Made by a program: the position numbers and the translations under genes. The notes beneath the pieces were generated by a model that saw nothing but the letters and a program-made list of their open reading frames with translations, made no database searches and had not been told where the DNA came from. Shown piece by piece: positions 9,161-18,071 of a stretch of 24,700 bases of DNA. Numbering within the stretch: position 1 is the first letter of the stretch; each line of letters begins with the position of its first letter. Source of the stretch: Candidatus Fermentibacteraceae bacterium (GTDB lineage Bacteria; Fermentibacterota; Fermentibacteria; Fermentibacterales; JCC-6); NCBI GenBank assembly GCA_041686025.1, contig JAWLEP010000016.1, positions 1 to 24,700 on the forward strand. The letters run 5' to 3'.

Positions 9161-10362
9161 CAGTCGTCCAGCAGGTTGTACACGATGCTGATTATGCCCA
9201 CGGTGGTGCTGAGCACGGCCACCGTGCTGCCGTTGCGGGCGATCCAGTTGTAGGGGACCTCGATGACGTCCCCGGGCAGGGGGACGTACTCCTGGGCCCG
9301 GGGGCCGCTGGCCACCACGCGGCCCTCCCGGACCACCTCCAGGTCGCTCTCCTTGGCGTTCGCGTTGAAGCCCCCCTTGCGGGCCACGTACTCCCGGACG
9401 GTCCATCCGGGCACGTAGGGCAGCTCCCCCGTACTCCTCACCGCGCCGCTTACAACCACCGAGTCGGAGATCATCACCAGGTCCAGCGTGTCGCCGGGGA
9501 ACAGAGGGCGGTCATGTATCCCGGTCCGGGGGCTCCAGATGGCCAGCAGGCTGTCTCCCCGGACCAGCGCGCTGCGGGAGAGGTCCACGTTCCCCGGAAG
9601 GCCGCCGGTGTAGTCCAGGAAGCCCGACAGGTCCGTGGAGTCCGGCAGCTCCCAGGTCTCCACCGGCGGTACCGGCATGCCCCTGGCGTCGCTGGTCCTC
9701 CCCCGCCTCACAACGTACACGGGGTCCTCGGCCAGGGGGAAGCTCACCACCGCGTTGTTGGTGAGGTAGGGGTCACTGATCCGCCGATCGCTGGCGGGGT
9801 CGAACATCAGGTTCACCTCCAGCGTGTCGTCGTCGGTGCGCATGGTGCCCATGCGGGACCCGTACACCGAGAATCCGCCGGCGGTCTCCACCAGGTCGGA
9901 GACCCGGTAGACGGAGCTCATGACGTAGGTGCCCGGGGTGTCCACCATTCCCCGGACTGTGACCCGGAGTGATCGGGGCTGGGCCAGGGCCACCCGCAGG
10001 TCGGCCCCCGGGTACTGCCGGGCCGCCATCTCGGCCAGGGCCTCCGCGGCGGCGGCTATGGTCAGCCCTCCCACCTCCAGCTGGCCCACGCCGGGCACTG
10101 TTACCATCCCGTCGCTGGTGACGGTTATCATGCTCACCGGGGTGGCGCCGGAGGCCAGCATGTAGCTGGTGCACCCCCCCTGGAAGGTGAGGGTGAGGAC
10201 GTCCCCCGGACCCAGGCGGTAGCTTTCCCGCTCCACCTGCTCGGTGATCCCCTCGATTACCAGCTGGGTGGTTCCGGTGGCCCCCCCCTGGGTCTGGTCG
10301 TCGCTCACCAGGCTGGGCTGGGCCAGCTGCGCCTGGGTCAGCAGAAGGATCAGAAAGAGCAT
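9160..10362 (-). CDS. Polysaccharide export protein (Wza/KpsD-like, Poly_export plus SLBB domains)
   Basis: YRLGPGDVL, VTSDGMVTVPGVGQLEVGGLT, VTVRGMVDTPGTY, VVVSGAVRSTG, PLPGDVIEVP, hydrophobic C-terminal helix. Confidence 0.87.
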   Translation of the reverse strand: MLFLILLLTQAQLAQPSLVSDDQTQGGATGTTQLVIEGITEQVERESYRLGPGDVLTLTFQGGCTSYMLASGATPVSMITVTSDGMVTVPGVGQLEVGGLTIAAAAEALAEMAARQYPGADLRVALAQPRSLRVTVRGMVDTPGTYVMSSVYRVSDLVETAGGFSVYGSRMGTMRTDDDTLEVNLMFDPASDRRISDPYLTNNAVVSFPLAEDPVYVVRRGRTSDARGMPVPPVETWELPDSTDLSGFLDYTGGLPGNVDLSRSALVRGDSLLAIWSPRTGIHDRPLFPGDTLDLVMISDSVVVSGAVRSTGELPYVPGWTVREYVARKGGFNANAKESDLEVVREGRVVASGPRAQEYVPLPGDVIEVPYNWIARNGSTVAVLSTTVGIISIVYNLLDD

Positions 10363-10372
10363 CGGATCCCGC

Positions 10373-11311
10373 TCAGTGAGAGCATTCTGTCTTCCGGAAG
10401 TATTCCACCGTACGGCCTATCCCGTCCTCCAGCGACACCCGGGGCTCCCACCCCAGCCGGCTGCGGGCCAGGGCGATGTCGGGCCTCCGCACCTGGGGGT
10501 CGTCCACCGGGAGCTTGCGGTGGCAGATGCCGCTTGCGCCACCCGTGGCCTTCCGGACGAAATCCGCGAACTGGCGGATGGTCATCTCCTCGGGGTTGCC
10601 GACGTTCACCGGACCCGCGAGGTCGCTTTCCATCAGCCTCACCAGTCCGTCCACTGTGTCGGAGACGTAGCAGAAGCTGCGGGTCTGGCTTCCGTCCCCG
10701 AACACGGTGAGGTCCCGGCCCATCAGGGCCTGGCAGATGAAGGAGGGTACCACGCGGCCGTCGTCGGCCCGCATTCGGGGGCCGTAGGTGTTGAATATCC
10801 GGGCCACCTTGGCGTCCACCCCGTGGTAGCGGCGGTAGGCGAAGGCCAGGGCCTCGGCGAACCTCTTGGCCTCGTCGTAGACTCCCCGGGGACCAACCGG
10901 GTTCACGTTTCCCCAGTAGTCCTCCGGCTGGGGGTGCACCTGGGGGTCGCCGTAGACCTCGCTGGTGGAGGCCAGCAGGAGGCCGGCCTTCTTCTCCACC
11001 GCCAGCCCCAGGGCCTTGTGGGTGCCCAGGGCCCCCACCTTCAGGGTCTGGATGGGGTACTTCAGGTAGTCCTCGGGGCTGGCCGGGGAGGCCAGGTGGA
11101 AGATGAGGTCCACCTGCCCCTGCACGAAGATGAACTCGGTGACGTCGTGCCGGATGAAGGTGAAGTCGTCCCGGCCGGCCAGGTGGGCGATGTTGTCCAC
11201 GCTGCCGGTTATCAGGTTGTCCAGGGCGATGACCTCGTGGCCGTCCTCCAGCAGCCTGTCGCAGAGATGGCTGCCGATGAAGCCGGCGCCTCCGGTGACC
11301 AGTACTCTCAT
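10373..11311 (-). CDS. uxs: UDP-glucuronate decarboxylase (UDP-xylose synthase family)
   Basis: [67 protein letters not shown]. Confidence 0.93.
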   Translation of the reverse strand: MRVLVTGGAGFIGSHLCDRLLEDGHEVIALDNLITGSVDNIAHLAGRDDFTFIRHDVTEFIFVQGQVDLIFHLASPASPEDYLKYPIQTLKVGALGTHKALGLAVEKKAGLLLASTSEVYGDPQVHPQPEDYWGNVNPVGPRGVYDEAKRFAEALAFAYRRYHGVDAKVARIFNTYGPRMRADDGRVVPSFICQALMGRDLTVFGDGSQTRSFCYVSDTVDGLVRLMESDLAGPVNVGNPEEMTIRQFADFVRKATGGASGICHRKLPVDDPQVRRPDIALARSRLGWEPRVSLEDGIGRTVEYFRKTECSH

Positions 11312-11327
11312 CCAGCCTCCATCTGCC

Positions 11328-12356
11328 TCATCGCGGACCGCCCTCCGACTCCTCCAGCCGGCGGCTGTACTGCCGCTTGTAGTATTCCCTGAATCTGCCG
11401 GATTTTATGGCCTTCCACCAGTCCTCGTTGTCCCTGTACCAGCGGACGGTCCTTCTCAGTCCCTCCTCGAAATCCACAGAGGGAGCCCATCCCAGCTCCG
11501 ACTCGATCCTGGACACGTCCAGGGCGTAGCGGCGGTCGTGACCCGGGCGGTCCTCCACGAACCGGATCAGCTCCTCGCCGGCGCCCACCGCGTCCAGTAT
11601 GGCCCTGGTCACCTCCAGGTTGGAGTGCTCCTCGCCGGCGCCGATGTTGTACACGCTTCCCGGTCCGGCCTTCTCCAGCACCCGCAGCAGGGCGGCGCAG
11701 TGGTCCTCCACGTATATCCAGTCCCGGCGGTTGGCGCCGTCGCCGTACAGGGGCAGGCTGTCGCCCTCCATGGCGTTGGTGAGGAACAGGGGTATCAGCT
11801 TCTCGGGGTACTGGCGGGGGCCGTAGTTGTTGGACGCCCTGGTAACCACCACCGGGGTGCGGTGGGTGTGCCAGTAGCCCATGGCCAGCAGCTCGCCGCC
11901 GGCCTTGGATGCGGAGTAGGGGCTGCGCGGCCTAAGGGGGTCGGCCTCGGAGGAGCGGCCGGTCTCCACGCTCCCGTAGACCTCGTCGGTGGATATCTGC
12001 AGGAAGAGCCGGCCCTCGCGGCGCCGGAACTCCTCCAGCAGGACCCGTACGCCCTCCACGTCGGTGCGGACGAACCCGGCGGAGTCCTCTATGGACCTGT
12101 CCACGTGGGTCTCGGCGGCGAAGTTCACCACCCGCGAGCAGCCCTCCATGGCCTCGGCCACGTCCCCGGGGACGCAGATGTCGCCGTGGATGAAGCGCAG
12201 CCGGCCCGACTCCTCCAGGCCGGCCAGGTTCTCCCGGCGGCCGGCGTAGGTGAGCTTGTCCAGGACGGTTATGCTCCAGTCCGGCCTGCGCCGGTAGACG
12301 TAGTGGCAGAAGTTGCTTCCGATGAAGCCGGCCCCGCCGGTGACCAGGATCCTCAC
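11328..12356 (-). CDS. rfbB: dTDP-glucose 4,6-dehydratase
   Basis: [69 protein letters not shown]. Confidence 0.97.
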   Translation of the reverse strand: MRILVTGGAGFIGSNFCHYVYRRRPDWSITVLDKLTYAGRRENLAGLEESGRLRFIHGDICVPGDVAEAMEGCSRVVNFAAETHVDRSIEDSAGFVRTDVEGVRVLLEEFRRREGRLFLQISTDEVYGSVETGRSSEADPLRPRSPYSASKAGGELLAMGYWHTHRTPVVVTRASNNYGPRQYPEKLIPLFLTNAMEGDSLPLYGDGANRRDWIYVEDHCAALLRVLEKAGPGSVYNIGAGEEHSNLEVTRAILDAVGAGEELIRFVEDRPGHDRRYALDVSRIESELGWAPSVDFEEGLRRTVRWYRDNEDWWKAIKSGRFREYYKRQYSRRLEESEGGPR

Positions 12357-12360
12357 GGCC

Positions 12361-13092
12361 CTAATCCCCGCCGCCCCGCAGCCTGGAGGCCATGCTGTTG
12401 GCCTCCAGGAGGCCGTCGATGCTGGCCCCGCAGTCGGCCCACCAGCCCTCCAGGACGTCGGCCCGCAGCAGGCCCCGCTCCAGGTAGGCCCTGTTCACGT
12501 CGGTGACCTCCAGCTCCCCCCGGTCGGAGGGCTCGAGGCCGTCTATTATGCCGTAGGCCAGGCTGTCGTACATGTACACGCCGATCACCGCGTAGCTGCT
12601 GCGGGGATGCTCCGGCTTCTCCTCTATGGATACCACCCGGCTGCCCTCCAGCTCGGCGACGCCGTAGTCGCTGGGGTTGTCCACCTCCGTCAGCAGTATG
12701 CGGGCGCCCTTGCGCTGTTTCCTGAAGGCCTCCACGTAGGGCGCAAGCGACGCCTCCATCAGGTTGTCGCCCAGGACCACCACGAAGTGGTCATCCCCCA
12801 CGAAGGTGCGGGTGAGGCCTATGGCCTCGGCTATGCCTCCCTCCCGCTCCTGGTAGGCGTAGTTCAGCGTCCGCAGGCCGAACCGGGAGCCGTCGCCCAG
12901 CAGCCGCAGAAAGTCTCCGGCGCTGTCGCCGCCGGTTACCAGCATCACGTCCAGGACCCCCGCCTCAGCCAGCTTCTGCAGCGGGTAGAAGATCATGGGC
13001 TGGTCGTAGACCGGCAGGAGGTGCTTGTTGGTTATCCTGGTAAGCGGTCGCAGCCGGGTGCCCAGGCCCCCGGCCAGCACTACACCCTTCAT
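12361..13092 (-). CDS. rfbA: Glucose-1-phosphate thymidylyltransferase, short (SpsI-like) form (start moved to ATG 13092)
   Basis: [55 protein letters not shown]; adjacent to rfbB. Confidence 0.9.
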   Translation of the reverse strand: MKGVVLAGGLGTRLRPLTRITNKHLLPVYDQPMIFYPLQKLAEAGVLDVMLVTGGDSAGDFLRLLGDGSRFGLRTLNYAYQEREGGIAEAIGLTRTFVGDDHFVVVLGDNLMEASLAPYVEAFRKQRKGARILLTEVDNPSDYGVAELEGSRVVSIEEKPEHPRSSYAVIGVYMYDSLAYGIIDGLEPSDRGELEVTDVNRAYLERGLLRADVLEGWWADCGASIDGLLEANSMASRLRGGGD

Positions 13093-13118
13093 GCGCTTCC
13101 CTTCAGCATGGTGTCCAA

Positions 13119-15269
13119 CTACCTCACCAGCGCCAGCTTCAGCAGCCAGCTGCTTCCGCCCTGTCTCACGATTACGATGTAGGTGCCGCTGGCGGCGCTT
13201 CCCGCCCCGGCGGAGCCGTCCCATCCCAGCAGGGACCGCCTGACGGGCTCTGACTCATATACCAGCGAGCCGGACAGGTCAAACACCCTCATCTCCGCCG
13301 TCTCGTCGGGGATGCCGGACACCCGCACGGTCCCGTGGTCGGCGGGAAGGAAGGGGTTGGGGTAGAGGACGGGGGCGGAGCCGTCGCCCTGCAGGCCGGA
13401 GGGGAGCTCTATCTGCCAGAGGCCGTGGTCGGTGGTGGCCACGTACACCAGTCCCTGCTCGGTGTCGCAGTCCAGGGCGCTGATGTTCAGAGAGAGCAGG
13501 GGGCTGTTGAAGGTGCTTATCTCCTCCACGGAGCCGCCGGCGTCCACCAGGTAGAGTTTCTGGGAGGTGGCGACCCAGGCTCTCCCCAGGTTGTCCAGGC
13601 ACAGCGCCTCCACCGAGCCTCCCACCTCCTCCACCTGCTCCACCGTTCCCTGCGGGCCCCGCACCGCCAGTCCCGCCGTGGTCCCCAGCCAGACGCTTCC
13701 GTCGGTGGAGCATGCCACCCGCTGGACGTTGGCCGAGGGCAGCCCCTGGCCCACTCCCAGCACGTCCTCCACCTCGCCGCTTTCCAGGTCCAGCAGGGCG
13801 GCCCCGCCGCCGGTTCCCGCCCATGCCAGCCCCTCCGCGCCGGGGAGGACGTCTATGGAGGCAACGGTGCTGGAGGGAAGCCCCTGCACCTGCGTGAACC
13901 GCGTCCAGGTCTCGCTTCCCTCCACGCCTGGGGACCAGTCGAGGTGTACGGCCCCCGACTCCTCTCCCTCGAAGTAGGGCACCTGGGCCAGCCAGACATC
14001 CCCCTCCCCGGCCCGGGCCATGTCCACCACCTGGTCGTTTATCAGGCCGTCGTCCCCGGTCCAGCACACCACGTCAGACGCGCCGCCGCTGCCGGCCTCC
14101 ACCCAGCAGAGGCCGTGATGGTAGGGGGCGGCGTAGCCTGCACCGGGCGCTGCCTCCACCGCGAAGAGCTGCGACCCGCTGGAGAGCTCCGACCTGACCC
14201 TCGTCCACTCCCCCGAGGCCTGGTAGCCGGCGCCGTTGTCGTCGGTGCCCGTCCATACGATTCCGGGCAGGGCGGAGACGCTCTCCAGGTCGTTGGCCGG
14301 CAGGCCGGGGGGCCGGTACCTGCTCCAGCCCTCGCCGGGCCATCCCAGGGCCAGACCCTCGCCCCAGGCGCGGTCATCGCTGAAAACCGCGTACTGGCCC
14401 GCCAGCACGGCCCCGTCCACCAGCTCCACGGCTGCGACCACCTCGCCGGGGAAGGAGGAGTCGCTGCTCCAGCCCTCCGCGGTGCGGCAGTGGACGGCCC
14501 ATCCGCCTCCCACCGCCAGGGTATCCCCCGCCGCGTCGACGCTGTAGGCGGAACCCACTGCGAACCCCGGAGCCTGCTGCCACTCTCCCCCCGAGAGGGG
14601 AAGGGCCAGCAGACCGGTGGAGGTGGCGGCCCACAGGGTGTCCGCACCCAGAACCATGTCCCGTACCTCTACGTCCTCCGCCTCCGGGTAGGAGGTCCAG
14701 GAGGACGCGGACCCGGGGAACTCCCCGGCTGCCAGCAGGGCCGGACCCTCGTCGGTGCCCACCATCATCCCCTCGGGCGTGGGCTGCAGCGACAGCACCA
14801 CGTTGGAGGGGAGGCCGCCGCCGGTGGAGGTGGTGGTGTAGTTCTGGAAGAAGCCGGTCTCCCGGATGGACAGCCCCTCGGTGGTGGCGGCGTACACCGA
14901 GGTGTCCGGCACCACGGCGTTCACCTCCAGCTTGGTCGGCAGCCCCTCCAGCAGTCCGAAGCTCTCGCTGGTCCCGTCGGGGTGGAAGAGGTCTATTCCT
15001 CCGCCGTAGAGGCAGACCCAGAGGTTTCCGCCGTCGTCCTCCGCCAGGCCGCTGACCCGGCTGTGCGACAGCTTCCCCGGATAGGAGTAGGAGGAGTCCA
15101 GGGCCATGCCGTCGGCATCCAGGGAGACGAAGACCAGGCCGCCGCTGGTGGCGCACACCGCCCGCCCGTCTCCCGCAAGGAGGTCCTCGACGGCGGTCAT
15201 GCAGGTGTGGTGCGTCCAGTCCTCTGCCGGGGGAAACAGCACTAACGCGGCGATCAGCAGACCCGCCAT
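13119..15269 (-). CDS. Secreted beta-propeller protein with T9SS type-A/FlgD-Ig C-terminal domain (PorZ-like)
   Basis: Hydrophobic N-terminus; Reg_prop-type blades (GLPSNVV, GLPANDL, GLINDQV, GLPSSTV, GLPSANV; ATSGGL, GTTAGL, TDHGL). C-terminal LYPNPF...VFDLSGSLV...WDG...ASGTY...KLALVR. Confidence 0.75.
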   Translation of the reverse strand: MAGLLIAALVLFPPAEDWTHHTCMTAVEDLLAGDGRAVCATSGGLVFVSLDADGMALDSSYSYPGKLSHSRVSGLAEDDGGNLWVCLYGGGIDLFHPDGTSESFGLLEGLPTKLEVNAVVPDTSVYAATTEGLSIRETGFFQNYTTTSTGGGLPSNVVLSLQPTPEGMMVGTDEGPALLAAGEFPGSASSWTSYPEAEDVEVRDMVLGADTLWAATSTGLLALPLSGGEWQQAPGFAVGSAYSVDAAGDTLAVGGGWAVHCRTAEGWSSDSSFPGEVVAAVELVDGAVLAGQYAVFSDDRAWGEGLALGWPGEGWSRYRPPGLPANDLESVSALPGIVWTGTDDNGAGYQASGEWTRVRSELSSGSQLFAVEAAPGAGYAAPYHHGLCWVEAGSGGASDVVCWTGDDGLINDQVVDMARAGEGDVWLAQVPYFEGEESGAVHLDWSPGVEGSETWTRFTQVQGLPSSTVASIDVLPGAEGLAWAGTGGGAALLDLESGEVEDVLGVGQGLPSANVQRVACSTDGSVWLGTTAGLAVRGPQGTVEQVEEVGGSVEALCLDNLGRAWVATSQKLYLVDAGGSVEEISTFNSPLLSLNISALDCDTEQGLVYVATTDHGLWQIELPSGLQGDGSAPVLYPNPFLPADHGTVRVSGIPDETAEMRVFDLSGSLVYESEPVRRSLLGWDGSAGAGSAASGTYIVIVRQGGSSWLLKLALVR

Positions 15270-16214
15270 TCAGATCCTCTCCTCCCACCATGCGTACAGC
15301 TCCCGGAGGCCATCCTCCAGGGAGTATTCGGGGCGCCATCCCGTCAGGGCCCGAAGCCTTCCGGGGTCCCCCACCTGGTATTTCACGTCCGCCGCCCTGA
15401 AGAGGCCGGGGTCCACCTCCAGCTCGATGTCGGTCCCCGAGATCTCCACCAGCAGGCCCAGTATGTCTCCCATGCAGCGGCCCCTGCCGCTGCACACGTT
15501 GTATGTCTCGCCGCTGCCGCCTGCGGCCAGGAGGTGGCAGTAGGCGCGGGTCACGTCGTCAAGGTAGAGGTAGTCCCTCACCGGGCCGAGGTTCCCCACC
15601 CTGACGGTGCCCCCGCCCCCTCGGGCCGCCTCCGCTATCCGCCGGCAGAAGGAGGGAAGGGCGAAGTCCCGGTGCTGCCCGGGGCCGAAGTGGGGGAAGG
15701 AGCGGGAGACCACCAGGTCCAGGCCGCCGCTGTGGGCAGTCTGGCGGGCCGCCAGCTCCGCGGCGGCCTTGCTGGCTCCGTAGGGATTGAGGGGCCCTAT
15801 CTCCGAGTCCTCGTCCAGGGGACTCCCCGATGGCCCGTAGACCTCCGAGGAGCTCACCAGCAGCAGCCGGGCATCGGGGCATCTGCTCTCCATCATCCGC
15901 AGCACCGAGAGGGTGCCCATCAGGTTGGTCTCCCAGGTCAGGCGGACGTCCCCCAGCGACCTGAACACCGAGCTCACCGCCGCCAGATGGACCACGTAGC
16001 GGGCCGGGCCCAGCTCCTCCGGAGCCTCTGAGGGAAGCTTCCAGGCCACCCTGCGGACCCCCTGCGGGGCGGGGAAGTCGTCGGTGAGGTCCGCGGCCAT
16101 GTCCCCCTCGCCCATCCGGAGGTGCTCCATCAGCCTCCGGCCCGCGAATCCCCCGGCGCCGGTGACCAGCACCGGTCCGTCCTCCAGCTCCGCGCCGCAC
16201 CGAAGAAGTCTCAA
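15270..16214 (-). CDS. Extended SDR, GDP-4-keto-6-deoxy-D-mannose reductase (Rmd)/GMD-like
   Basis: VTGAGGFAG, HLAAVSSV, SSSEVYG, YGASK (YxxxK), HFGPGQ, VGNLGPVRDY, YNVCSG. TTG start with GGAAGGGA upstream. Confidence 0.8.
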   Translation of the reverse strand: MRLLRCGAELEDGPVLVTGAGGFAGRRLMEHLRMGEGDMAADLTDDFPAPQGVRRVAWKLPSEAPEELGPARYVVHLAAVSSVFRSLGDVRLTWETNLMGTLSVLRMMESRCPDARLLLVSSSEVYGPSGSPLDEDSEIGPLNPYGASKAAAELAARQTAHSGGLDLVVSRSFPHFGPGQHRDFALPSFCRRIAEAARGGGGTVRVGNLGPVRDYLYLDDVTRAYCHLLAAGGSGETYNVCSGRGRCMGDILGLLVEISGTDIELEVDPGLFRAADVKYQVGDPGRLRALTGWRPEYSLEDGLRELYAWWEERI

Positions 16215-16236
16215 GCCAGTCCCTTCCGGCTGCCGG

Positions 16237-17157
16237 TCAGGGAGCCCCCAGGTAGCGAACCTCGCGGCGGAGCTCCACGCCGAACACGTCCCTCACCCGC
16301 TCCCTTACCATACAAATCAGCCGCCGCACGTCGGAAGAGGAGGCCCCGCCGGCGTTGACTATGAAGTTGGCGTGGACCTCCGACACCCGCGCGCCGCCCA
16401 CCGAGCTTCCCTTCATGCCCGCCTGCTCCACCAGCCATCCCGGGGGAGGGGCCCCCTCCGCCCGGCGGAACACGCTGCCGGCGTTGGGCAGCGAAAGGGG
16501 GTACTTCCTGCGCCTCTCCGCCAGCAGCTCCGCCGCCCTGCGCCGCAGCCGCACCGGATCCCCGGCGGGAAGGGCCAGCTCCAGGCCGGTCACCGTCCAC
16601 CCCGCCAGCGGGCCCTCCTGCAGCCAGCTGCTGCGGTAGCCGAAGCCCATCTCCCCGCCGCCGCGGGTCCGCAGCTGCCCCCGGGGTCCGGCCAGGCGCA
16701 CCTTCCGCACCAGGTCGGCCAGGCAGCCTCCGTAGGCGCCGGCGTTCATGAACGCCCCGCCACCGGCGGTACCCGGGATGCCCACGGCGAACTCCAGCCC
16801 CGACGCCCCCCGCATGCAGCAGGCGCCGGCCATGGACGGCAGCGGGGCCCCGCCGCCGGCGCGCACCGTGAATCCCTCCCCGCCCTCCTTCACCCCGAAG
16901 GCGGCCAGCTCCCCGGTCAGCCGGACCACCACGCCGTCGCAGCCGGAGTCCGCCGCCAGCAGGTTCGAACCCCTGCCGATGACGGTCCGGGCCACCCCCT
17001 CGGAGGAGAGCAGCTCCAGCAAGGCGCACAGCTCCTCCTCCCTGCGCGCCTCCGCCACCAGGGCGGGGCCGCCGATGTCCCAGGTGGTGAGATCGGCCAG
17101 CCGGCGCTCCCCCACCGGGAGCCCCAGCCTCTCCCGGATCAGCCCCTCGGCGCTCAC
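16237..17157 (-). CDS. murB: UDP-N-acetylenolpyruvoylglucosamine reductase (start moved to GTG 17157)
   Basis: TTWDIGGPA, GRGSNLL, GLEFAVGIPGTAGGGAFMNAGAYG, FGYRSS, PNAGSVF, HANFIVN, LRREV. GTGA overlap with the GT2 stop; SD AGGAGG. Confidence 0.95.
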   Translation of the reverse strand: MSAEGLIRERLGLPVGERRLADLTTWDIGGPALVAEARREEELCALLELLSSEGVARTVIGRGSNLLAADSGCDGVVVRLTGELAAFGVKEGGEGFTVRAGGGAPLPSMAGACCMRGASGLEFAVGIPGTAGGGAFMNAGAYGGCLADLVRKVRLAGPRGQLRTRGGGEMGFGYRSSWLQEGPLAGWTVTGLELALPAGDPVRLRRRAAELLAERRRKYPLSLPNAGSVFRRAEGAPPPGWLVEQAGMKGSSVGGARVSEVHANFIVNAGGASSSDVRRLICMVRERVRDVFGVELRREVRYLGAP

Positions 17158-18071
17158 AGCGGCCTCCTGCCCGACAGTCCCATCAGGCACGCGCCCACCG
17201 ACAGGTAGGTGAAGAGGAATCGGGGCCGGCCGAAGGCCTCGGCCCACCTGAGGGCTGCCCGGTATACCGGACCCCGCAGGACCAGGAAGGCCCCCGCCCG
17301 CATGGGCAGGTGGCGCAGGCGGGGCCTCCCCATGACCCAACTGCTGCCCAGCAGGCCCACCAGCCCGGGGTGCTTCTCCAGCGTGTAGCGAAGGCCGGTG
17401 GCCCCGTACTCCAGCATCTTCTCGGAGTGCTGCCGGACCGTGACGTCGTCCAGGTGAAGCACCCGGAGGGAGGGGTCCCACCGGAACTCCGTTCCCATCC
17501 CCTGCAGGCGCCATCCCAGCTCGGTGTCCTCGCCGCCGTAGCGGTCGATGGCCTCGTCGAAGCCGCCGGACTCCGCAAGCAGCCGGGTGGGGAGGCTGAG
17601 GTTGCCGGTGATGAGGTAGCGCCAGGGGAAGGGCCCGGCGGGCCTGTGGTCCATGGCCCTGGTGTCGAACCACCTCTGCCAGGGGGTGGCGTCCTCCCGC
17701 CAGGCGTTCACCCGGGCCCCCATTATCGCCGCCTCGGGCCACTCCTCGCGGACCTCCAGGTGGCGCCGCAGCAGCTGGGGGCCGAAGGCCAGGTCGGCGT
17801 CCATCAGCAGCGAGACCGGAGCCTCCGAGACCCTCCAGGCCAGGTTGCGGGCCAGGGGCCGGTTGCCGGCCCCGCCGGTGTCCACCACCCGGACGGCGAC
17901 GTTCCCGGGGAAGCCCAGGTCGAACTCCTCGGCCACCGGCACCCGGCTGCCGTCGTCGACCAGCACCAGCTCCCAGGTGGCGGTCAGATCCTGGTCCCGC
18001 AGCGAGGCGAGGGTCCTCCGGAAGGGGTCTCCCCCGTCGCGGACGGGGATCTGCACCGATATCCTAGGCAT
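17154..18071 (-). CDS. Glycosyltransferase family 2
   Basis: ISVQIPV, VLVDDGS, ARN, MDADL (DxD), GGFDE...YGGEDTELGWRL. Confidence 0.9.
   Translation of the reverse strand: MPRISVQIPVRDGGDPFRRTLASLRDQDLTATWELVLVDDGSRVPVAEEFDLGFPGNVAVRVVDTGGAGNRPLARNLAWRVSEAPVSLLMDADLAFGPQLLRRHLEVREEWPEAAIMGARVNAWREDATPWQRWFDTRAMDHRPAGPFPWRYLITGNLSLPTRLLAESGGFDEAIDRYGGEDTELGWRLQGMGTEFRWDPSLRVLHLDDVTVRQHSEKMLEYGATGLRYTLEKHPGLVGLLGSSWVMGRPRLRHLPMRAGAFLVLRGPVYRAALRWAEAFGRPRFLFTYLSVGACLMGLSGRRPL

Noticed and set aside
15267..15272. In-frame TGA-ATG junction between the Rmd-like and PorZ-like genes (readthrough or recoding fusion?)
   Set aside because: A strong SD (GGGAGGAG) lies in the end of the upstream gene, the downstream protein has its own export leader, and TGA is clearly a stop elsewhere (GTGA/TGATG overlaps).
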